Assembly: GCA_037439545.1 (NCBI GenBank)
Contig: JBBIVV010000050.1
Location: 1-11,850 of the forward strand
Origin: a bacterium
Lineage (GTDB): Bacteria > JAMCPX01
Direction of reading: 5' to 3'
Length of the DNA stretch: 11,850 nt
Shown here piece after piece: positions 1 through 6,823 of the stretch. The notes beneath the pieces were generated by a model. It was not told the DNA's origin, did not search any database, and was given only the letters and a program-made list of their open reading frames with translations. The position numbers and the translations under genes are program-made. The stretch's first letter is position 1, and every line of letters starts with the position of its first letter.

Positions 1-50
1 AATCCTTTTATTTTCGAACTGAAAAAATGGGAAACTCAGGTGTTTCGGCA

Positions 51-641
51 TCACGGCGTGCAGATGTACCATGCTATCTGTGCTGCAAATGAGCGTACGT
101 CAACAGTCTGAAAAATCCCCTTCATTTCGTCTTCAGCGTGCTGGATAAAATAAAAGTAATCCCCTCTTTCAACCCATTCGACAAGATCTGAGAGTGCCTT
201 TCTTTTTTTATTGTAATCCTGAAAGATCAACTGCGTTGCCGCAAGCCGTTTTGCCTCGGTGAAAAAAACCAGGCGGGACTCTCTCTGAAGCCCATGGGCA
301 ACATACGAAGACATAATGAGGTCAAAGCTCTTATCTTTATAGGGCAGGCCTTTAAGTACGTCTGCCACGAGAAAATTAATCTTGGCTGCCTTGTTATTCT
401 TCTGTGCCATTTCCACCATTTTTGGAGATGCATCTACACCGGTTACCCGGTAACCCATTTCATTCAGGCAAAAAGCGAGTGCGCCCGTGCCGCATCCTAT
501 ATCGAGCACGCGAGCATTTTTGGGAACTATAAGATACGTGCCTGCCCTTGATAAAATTGTCCTGAATGATCTCACCTGATAATTAAAAAATACATTGTAA
601 ACAGGCGCTATGGTATCGAATAAACTTTTTTGCGGCTTCAT
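51..641 (-). CDS. Class I SAM-dependent methyltransferase (UbiE/Methyltransf_11/25-like), substrate unknown
   Basis: 196 aa. Motif I VLDIGCGTG, acidic post-I motif VTGVDAS, then LPYKDKSFDLI; UbiE-like N-terminus LFDTIAPVYN. Starts 13 nt after the amidohydrolase stop. Confidence 0.9.
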   Translation of the reverse strand: MKPQKSLFDTIAPVYNVFFNYQVRSFRTILSRAGTYLIVPKNARVLDIGCGTGALAFCLNEMGYRVTGVDASPKMVEMAQKNNKAAKINFLVADVLKGLPYKDKSFDLIMSSYVAHGLQRESRLVFFTEAKRLAATQLIFQDYNKKRKALSDLVEWVERGDYFYFIQHAEDEMKGIFQTVDVRSFAAQIAWYICTP

Positions 642-654
642 TTTTCCAATCTTG

Positions 655-1533
655 CTAACTCAACTTTATGCCCGCAAGCTCTGCAAAGTTTTCTCCCAGC
701 AGCCTTCTCTGTATGCCCTTATCCGGGAAAAGCCTTTCTATCCTCCGCTTGATAAACCCATAATCAAATTTCCCGTCCGCTGCAGTAAACCCAAAGGGAC
801 CGTCTGTGCCGAAGACACATCTTTCTACACCCAAATACCCGACTGCTTCCGATGTTATCCTGTCGCCGACATAACTTGTCTGCGATAGGTCGACGTATAT
901 ATTTTTTCTGTCTTTGATCTTTTCCCATGTGTCCCTGTACACGGGAAATCCTGCGTGCGCCACTATCAGTTTCAACTGCGGCACCTCTTTCAGGAGGCTG
1001 TAAAAGTCGCCCTCTTCCCCGAAACCGACATGTACGAGCAAAGGCTTGCCGGTCTTTGCAAGCAGGCTTGCAACAGGTGCAAGCTCGACGGGCTTAAAGT
1101 GGTGCCAGAACGAATGTGCTTTTACTCCAATCGCACCTTGCATGTTTTTCCATTTCTCATACTCTTTCACAGAATCATTTTTCCCTTTCGGGTTCACAAA
1201 TATCCAGCCGTAAAATCTGTCGGGATATTTTTTAACTGCATTGAATACAGCTTCATTGTCCGGGTCTTTGTCTATTTTATAAACCTTACCGAGTATATTT
1301 ATGTCTCCCTGTGCGTTGAAATTTGCCACCAGCCGCTTTCCGATGCCCCTTAAAGTCCCGTGCGTGAGCAGGAATTGAAGAAGCCCTACGAGAAACGGCG
1401 ACGGTTCTGTAAATGGTTCGGCCATGCCTGCCATAAGTGCTACTTTATCCACGCGGTTTGAGTCCATCCTGCTTAACAGCTCGTCTGTTTTAAGCAGGCG
1501 CTCTTCCAAATGATAGTGACAGTCTATGATCAT
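655..1533 (-). CDS. Amidohydrolase family protein (Amidohydro_2-type TIM-barrel metallohydrolase/decarboxylase), substrate unknown
   Basis: 292 aa. N-terminal IIDCHYH (HxH), LLVHVG, LIVAHAG and FGTDGP metal-ligand motifs, C-terminal LLGENFAEL. SD-like AGGGGGTG precedes the ATG. Confidence 0.9.
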   Translation of the reverse strand: MIIDCHYHLEERLLKTDELLSRMDSNRVDKVALMAGMAEPFTEPSPFLVGLLQFLLTHGTLRGIGKRLVANFNAQGDINILGKVYKIDKDPDNEAVFNAVKKYPDRFYGWIFVNPKGKNDSVKEYEKWKNMQGAIGVKAHSFWHHFKPVELAPVASLLAKTGKPLLVHVGFGEEGDFYSLLKEVPQLKLIVAHAGFPVYRDTWEKIKDRKNIYVDLSQTSYVGDRITSEAVGYLGVERCVFGTDGPFGFTAADGKFDYGFIKRRIERLFPDKGIQRRLLGENFAELAGIKLS

Positions 1534-1561
1534 ACGGCACCCCCTGTTTTTAGGTATGCTC

Positions 1562-1590
1562 CTTATATATCAAATGATCCTGATAGGCAA
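1562..1590 (-). promoter_or_regulatory. Possible internal sigma70-type promoter for the amidohydrolase-methyltransferase pair
   Basis: Minus strand TTGCCT-17 nt-TATAAG in the 73-bp lspA/amidohydrolase gap. Both boxes are imperfect. Confidence 0.3.
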
Positions 1591-1606
1591 ATTCCCGGGT
1601 TGAATC

Positions 1607-2095
1607 TTATCTGGGTTTGCGGGACATGAGCAGTTCTATCGCAAGCAGGATTGCACCAATCGTGATTGCACTGTCCGCTACATTGAACGTAGGCCAGTGT
1701 GCATTCTTGAGGTAGGCATCTATAAAATCCACGACATATCCGAGCCTGATCCTGTCTATGATATTGCCGGCAGCACCGCCCATGATCATGGACAAAGAGA
1801 CCATGGATAGCCTCGTTATTTCCTTTGAAAACAGAGAGACAAAAAACAGGAGAACAAAAACACCTGCAGACAGAACGGTCAGGAGCGTCGTCCTCAAGAT
1901 ACACTGCTGGCTGGTGTTGAACATACCAAATGCCACGCCCCTGTTGTAAACGCTCACCATGTCGATCATTCCGGGGATAAGAACGATCCTGTGCGTCAGA
2001 AAATGAACAACGAGGTATTTTGTAAATTGATCGAGAATGACTACCGATACACCTATGATCAGCAGATAAAAAACCCTGTCTTTTAACGGTATCAT
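1607..2095 (-). CDS. lspA: Lipoprotein signal peptidase (signal peptidase II)
   Basis: Motifs DQFTK, NRGVAFG, GNIIDR, VVDFI and WPTFNVADSAI with hydrophobic TM segments. Start reassigned to the ATG at 2095 (MIPLK), which overlaps the ileS stop (TGATG) and follows SD-like AAGGCGGTGA. Classic ileS-lspA synteny. Confidence 0.96.
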   Translation of the reverse strand: MIPLKDRVFYLLIIGVSVVILDQFTKYLVVHFLTHRIVLIPGMIDMVSVYNRGVAFGMFNTSQQCILRTTLLTVLSAGVFVLLFFVSLFSKEITRLSMVSLSMIMGGAAGNIIDRIRLGYVVDFIDAYLKNAHWPTFNVADSAITIGAILLAIELLMSRKPR

Positions 2096-4848
2096 CAGCT
2101 CACCGCCTTTACACATCTCTCACATAAGGTCGGATGACGTGCATCATTGCCGACCGCATCGGAGAAGTTCCAGCACCGTTCACATTTTTCACCATGTGCG
2201 TGCTGTATCTCTACCTGCAATGCACCGCCATTTCCTTTCAATTCTATCTGGGAAACAATGAACAATTCGGGCAGTGCGGGCTTATATTTTTCAAGGAGTT
2301 TATAACTATCCTGATCCGCGCCGATTATAACGAGTGCTTCGAGGGAAGAACCTATTTTTTTGTTCGCCCTCTGTATCTCCAATGCCTTGTTTACCTCATT
2401 CCTTATTGACCTCAATCTCTCATAGTCCTGATAAATGACACTGTCCGGTTCGGGGAATACCTGCTCATGAAGGACATTCGATAAAAACACGCTTTCTTCC
2501 TTTTTGCCGGGCAGGTGTGCCCATACCTCTTCTGCGGTGAATGATAGTACCGGGGCTATCATTGCAATAAGTGAAACGAGCGTATCGTAAAGCACGGTTT
2601 GTGCGGCACGCCTGCCCGGTGCATCTGATTTCGATACGTACAACCTGTCCTTCAGCACATCGAGGTAAAATGAACTGAGGTCTGCGACGCAGAAATCCAG
2701 CATTGCATGGTATACAATATGTATGTTATAATCTTCATAAGCCTTGTCTATCTTCCTGACCAGTTCTGCTGTTTTATAAATCATATACTTTTCAAGAGGC
2801 GGCATGTCCTTATAAGCAACCCTGTGTTTCTCGGGATCGAAGTCGTATAAATTGCCCAAAATAAATTTCATGGTGTTGCGGATCTTGCGGTATGCCTCTT
2901 TCAGCCGTTCGAGGATGTCTTTAGAAACACTGACATCGCCCCGGAAATCCTCTGCAGAAACCCAGAGTCTCAGGACATCGGCTCCGTATTTATCGATGAC
3001 CTCCTGCGGGGCAACAACATTGCCGAGCTGCTTGCTCATCTTCCGGCCCTTCTCGTCAACGACAAAACCGTGCGTCAATACAGCCTTGTACGGAATACCG
3101 TGTCCTGCCGACAGGGACGTCAGCAGGGTCGATTGGAACCAGCCCCTGTGCTGATCACTGCCTTCAAGGTAGAGGTCCGCGGGCCACATCAACCCGGCCG
3201 TGTGCTTCAATACGATAGCATGGCTTACGCCGGAGTCGAACCACACATCGAGAATGTTCTCTTCCTTTTCGAAGGTTTCGCATTTGCATCGAGGGCACCG
3301 ATAACCCTGCGGTATGAAATAATCTGCGGGTTTCTCAAACCAGATATCCGCACCCTTTTCCTGAAACAGACCCGACACACGCAAGGCAACATCGGGGTCT
3401 GCAACACTTTCACCGCATTTAGTGCAGTAAAATACCGGTATCGGTACGCCCCATATCCGCTGCCTGGATATACACCAGTCCGGCCTTGTCTCAAGCATGC
3501 CGTTTATCCTGTCTTTCCCCCATGTCGGTATCCATTGCACATTATCTATTGCCTCAAGTGCCTGTTTTCTTAAATCATGCTTTTCAACTGAGATAAACCA
3601 CTGTTCCGTGGCCCTCGTTATGACAGGCTTTTTGCATCTCCAGCAATGCGGGTAAGAATGGGGATAATCCTGCTGTTTCAACAACGCACCGTTTTCTTTG
3701 AGTTTTTCTATAATATCCTTGTCCGCATCGAATACGAACGTACCGCTGAAAAATTCGACTTCATTCGTAAACTTGCCGTGCCTGTCCACGGGTGCATAGG
3801 CATCCAGTCCGTACCTTTCGCCGGTTTGATAGTCGTCTGCACCATGTCCCGGTGCCGTGTGAACACACCCGGTCCCTATATCCGTTGTGACATAATCACC
3901 GAGTGTAATAATGGAATCCCGTTGATACATCGGATGCTGTGCAACTATTCCTTCAAGCGTTTTCCCTTTCGCTGCTGCCATGACCTGTCCTTCTTTCCAT
4001 CCGGGCAGCATCTCCCTGAGACTGTCCAGCAAAGCCTGTGCAACTATATATATCTCTCCCCCCGCATTGAAATAGGCATACTCGAGTTCCGGATGGAGCG
4101 TTATTGCAAGGTTTGCAGGAAGTGTCCATGGTGTTGTCGTCCATATTACGAAATAAATATTTTTGCCTTTTATCGATGCCGGGAATTTCCCCTTGTCGTC
4201 CTTTACCTTGAATCTTACATAGATGGACGGCGAAACATGGTTTTCGTATTCAACCTCTGCTTCTGCAAGAGCGGTAGCATCGTGCGCGCACCAGTAAACG
4301 GGTTTTTTCCCTTTATACACATATCCGTTCCGCATGATCTTTGACAATTCCTCTATGATGTCCGCTTCATAGTTGTAATTCATCGTAAGGTAAGGCTCTG
4401 CCCACCTGCCGAGCACGCCGAGCCTTATAAACTCATTCCTTTGTATGTCGATAAACTGCTGTGCGAACTGTCTGCATGCCTTACGTATCTCGAGCTTTGA
4501 CATGGCCTGTTTTTTAGGACCAAGCGACTTATCGACATTGTGTTCTATGGGAAGACCGTGGCAGTCCCAGCCCGGCACATACTCTGCCCTGTAACCGTGC
4601 ATTGCATTGATCTTGATTATTATGTCCTTGAGTATCTTGTTGAGTGCATGACCTATATGGATATGCCCGTTGGCATAGGGAGGTCCGTCATGGAGCATGA
4701 ACATCTTACCGGTGGTGTTTTTTGCTATAATCTTTTCGTAGATGCGGTTGTCCTGCCAGAACTTGAGCATATCGGGTTCACGCTTCGGCAGATCAGCTTT
4801 CATGGGGAAGCCGGTTTGTGGCAGGTTCAATGTGTTTTTATAATCCAT
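2095..4848 (-). CDS. ileS: Isoleucine--tRNA ligase, type 1 (IleRS1)
   Basis: MDYKNTLNLP N-terminus (start at 4848 preferred over 4860), DGPPYANGHIHIGH, GWDCHGLPIE, editing motifs WTTTPWTLP and GTGCVHTAPGHG, DWCISRQR, EGSDQHRGWF, KMSKQ, and C-terminal Zn finger CERCW...LCERC typical of type 1. Confidence 0.98.
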   Translation of the reverse strand: MDYKNTLNLPQTGFPMKADLPKREPDMLKFWQDNRIYEKIIAKNTTGKMFMLHDGPPYANGHIHIGHALNKILKDIIIKINAMHGYRAEYVPGWDCHGLPIEHNVDKSLGPKKQAMSKLEIRKACRQFAQQFIDIQRNEFIRLGVLGRWAEPYLTMNYNYEADIIEELSKIMRNGYVYKGKKPVYWCAHDATALAEAEVEYENHVSPSIYVRFKVKDDKGKFPASIKGKNIYFVIWTTTPWTLPANLAITLHPELEYAYFNAGGEIYIVAQALLDSLREMLPGWKEGQVMAAAKGKTLEGIVAQHPMYQRDSIITLGDYVTTDIGTGCVHTAPGHGADDYQTGERYGLDAYAPVDRHGKFTNEVEFFSGTFVFDADKDIIEKLKENGALLKQQDYPHSYPHCWRCKKPVITRATEQWFISVEKHDLRKQALEAIDNVQWIPTWGKDRINGMLETRPDWCISRQRIWGVPIPVFYCTKCGESVADPDVALRVSGLFQEKGADIWFEKPADYFIPQGYRCPRCKCETFEKEENILDVWFDSGVSHAIVLKHTAGLMWPADLYLEGSDQHRGWFQSTLLTSLSAGHGIPYKAVLTHGFVVDEKGRKMSKQLGNVVAPQEVIDKYGADVLRLWVSAEDFRGDVSVSKDILERLKEAYRKIRNTMKFILGNLYDFDPEKHRVAYKDMPPLEKYMIYKTAELVRKIDKAYEDYNIHIVYHAMLDFCVADLSSFYLDVLKDRLYVSKSDAPGRRAAQTVLYDTLVSLIAMIAPVLSFTAEEVWAHLPGKKEESVFLSNVLHEQVFPEPDSVIYQDYERLRSIRNEVNKALEIQRANKKIGSSLEALVIIGADQDSYKLLEKYKPALPELFIVSQIELKGNGGALQVEIQHAHGEKCERCWNFSDAVGNDARHPTLCERCVKAVS

Positions 4849-4900
4849 AATTGCATCCATGTTTAGATTACAAATGGATAAACTGTCAAGCAGAGAAGAT

Positions 4901-4925
4901 AGGGGCAGGTGTAAAATCTGTCCCT
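4901..4925 (+). repeat. Intergenic stem-loop (10-bp stem with two G-T/U wobbles, 5-nt loop)
   Basis: AGGGGCAGGT-gtaaa-ATCTGTCCCT pairs at all 10 positions on the + strand. The two wobbles become A-C mismatches on the - strand. No U-tract follows on the + strand. Confidence 0.7.
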
Positions 4926-4929
4926 GCAG

Positions 4930-4970
4930 GTTCGCCCGGCATGGGCGGTAACTTGGCGGTGGAAGTCCGA
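4930..4970 (+). mobile_element. Truncated 5' end (start of domain I) of a group IIC intron; no RT ORF and no domain V/VI
   Basis: GTTCGCCCGGCATGGGCG...CGGTGGAAGTCCG resembles the class IIC 5' end as recalled for the O. iheyensis intron (GTGTGCCCGGCATGGGTG...GGGTGAGAGTCCC). It begins 4 nt after a stem-loop, the IIC target geometry. The right boundary is uncertain and may extend to ~5010. Confidence 0.7.
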
Positions 4971-5032
4971 TACTGCCGGAACCTCTTGAGTAAACACAGC
5001 AGGCAAGCGGGCTCTATAATAAATGAATTTCT

Positions 5033-5410
5033 TTATTGAAAAAGCGGGGAAGAGATCAGGAAGTCCGCCGTGGCCCTGTTGCATGCCATGGGTATGTTGT
5101 GGAGCACCGCGATGCGCAGCAGCGCCTTTACATCGACATCATGCGGCTGTGGAGTCAGCGGATCCCAGAGAAAGATCAAAAAATCTATTTTATTCTCTGC
5201 TATCAAGGCGCCGGTCTGTGCATCTCCGCCGAGAGGACCGCTGAGCAAAAGGTTTATGTCGAGGGACGTGTGCCTTTTGATCTCGGTGCCCGTAGAATGC
5301 GTGGCATACAGGGTAAATTTCTTGAGTGTGCCTTCGTTGTATTTTGCCCATTCTACAAGGTCTAATTTCTTCGAATCATGCGCCACAAGCGCTATCACCT
5401 TTTTATTCAT
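5033..5410 (-). CDS. mgsA: Methylglyoxal synthase
   Basis: 125 aa. IALVAHDSKK, LYATxxTG, SGPLGGD, WDPLTPQPHDVDVKALLR and IPMACNRATAD motifs. GGAGG SD at 5418-5422. Confidence 0.96.
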   Translation of the reverse strand: MNKKVIALVAHDSKKLDLVEWAKYNEGTLKKFTLYATHSTGTEIKRHTSLDINLLLSGPLGGDAQTGALIAENKIDFLIFLWDPLTPQPHDVDVKALLRIAVLHNIPMACNRATADFLISSPLFQ

Positions 5411-5473
5411 GTCTGTTCCTCCCTTTCCGAGTCCCGGTAGTGTCGGACCGGCGGATTAACTCCGTGTCTTACT

Positions 5474-6823
5474 CTAATAACCTTCTGTTATACTGCCCTC
5501 TGCCCTCCGGAGCATGGATAAGGCTATGTTATAACTGTAAACGGATTGTATATAAACTGCACTTGTCGATGCAAAGAGCGTTTCTGCATCGGTAAGCTCG
5601 ATTATGGAGCCGGCACCTGTGGTATATCTGCCGTCCGCAAGTTCGAGGTTGAGCTTTGCGCTGTCCATCGCCTTTTTAGCTGCATTGATGCTGTCCTTTG
5701 CCTGCTGAAGATTAAGGTATGCCTGTTTTGCCTGAAAGGTGATCCCCTGCTTTGCCGCATCTATCTGTGCCTGCAGGTTGTCTTCCCTTGCTTTCAGCTC
5801 TCCGTACCTTCCATAGGTGCTGAAGCCTGAAAACAGGGGAAACTGCACACCGACGCCTATCGACCAGTTCCAGGTAAGCGGTGTGTTGTAACCTGTCCAA
5901 TTATATCCGCCTGAACCGATAATAGAGGGCAGATTGGATGCCATGGTGGCCTTTTGTGATGCCCTTATGCTCTCATCCGCAGCGTAGAGCGATTTAAGCT
6001 CCGGCCTGTTGTCCATTGCCTTTTGTATGACTTCATTGAGGTCATAGTCCCTGGTTGTCGGCGTCATGGTATCGAGAATACTGATAGTGTCCGTCTCTTT
6101 TATGCCCATTGCATTGAGGAGGTTGACCATGGCAAGCTCGACATTGTTTTTTGCCGTTATCATGTTCAACTGTGCATTTGCATAGTCTGTTTCCGCCCTC
6201 GCTGTATCTATACGCGATACCCTGCCTACGCTCAAAAACCCGTTTGCCTGTTCAAGGTGTCTTGAGCTTTCACTGACGACCTCTGCAGCTACATCCGATA
6301 TGTGCTGTGAAGCGAGCAGGCCGTAATATCCCTGTATTACATTGAGTATGACGTCTGATTTGGTCGTCTCTTCATTGTACTGCGCTGATTTTACCGCCTG
6401 CTGCTGCGCCCGGATGGTATAGAGCCTCTGTCCGAAGTTCGTGAGCAGCCAGGTAAATCCGATGGATGCATTATAATAATCGTAGGACGTATTGTTTGCT
6501 TCCATCGATGGTTTGCTTGGCAGAAGATGTGAAAACGCCGGAGGGAAGACATAGTTGTTTGTCTCTCTTGCATAACTGCCCTGGGCGCTTATCCATGGAT
6601 ACCATTCCGAACGCGCCTGTGTGAGTATCTCTTTATTTACCTCTGTCATGGTCGTGCTCGCCCTTATGTTCGGCTGTTGTTTGAGGGCTATACCTATGCA
6701 TTGATCCAGAGCATATGCCTGATTATCATCAGCATGCGCAGAATTTTTTAGAGCGATGCTCATTGCAAGCGTTACTCCTATCCCTATTATTAAAAGCCTG
6801 GACTTGTGTATAGAGTTATTCAT
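5474..6823 (-). CDS. TolC-family outer membrane efflux protein
   Basis: 449 aa. Signal peptide ending AHA|DD with no lipobox. Two OEP-like repeats (ARSEWYPWIS, MASNLPSII), NRPELK, RYTTGAGSIIELTDAE. ATG overlaps the permease stop (TAATG). Confidence 0.93.
   Translation of the reverse strand: MNNSIHKSRLLIIGIGVTLAMSIALKNSAHADDNQAYALDQCIGIALKQQPNIRASTTMTEVNKEILTQARSEWYPWISAQGSYARETNNYVFPPAFSHLLPSKPSMEANNTSYDYYNASIGFTWLLTNFGQRLYTIRAQQQAVKSAQYNEETTKSDVILNVIQGYYGLLASQHISDVAAEVVSESSRHLEQANGFLSVGRVSRIDTARAETDYANAQLNMITAKNNVELAMVNLLNAMGIKETDTISILDTMTPTTRDYDLNEVIQKAMDNRPELKSLYAADESIRASQKATMASNLPSIIGSGGYNWTGYNTPLTWNWSIGVGVQFPLFSGFSTYGRYGELKAREDNLQAQIDAAKQGITFQAKQAYLNLQQAKDSINAAKKAMDSAKLNLELADGRYTTGAGSIIELTDAETLFASTSAVYIQSVYSYNIALSMLRRAEGSITEGY

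Noticed and set aside
22..46. Terminator after the methyltransferase (GAAAC-6-GTTTC then CCATTTTTT on the minus strand)
   Set aside because: The 5-bp AT-rich stem is too weak and is separated from the T-run.
4861..4889. ileS promoter from a perfect TTGACA at 4889-4884 (minus strand)
   Set aside because: The best -10 (TAATCT) is only 13 nt away, and 16-18 nt spacing gives poor hexamers. Possible but not supportable.
4849..5032. T-box riboswitch upstream of ileS
   Set aside because: No T-box motif (AGGGTGGNACCGCG) or terminator/antiterminator pair on the minus strand. The structured sequence is better explained by the plus-strand intron stub.
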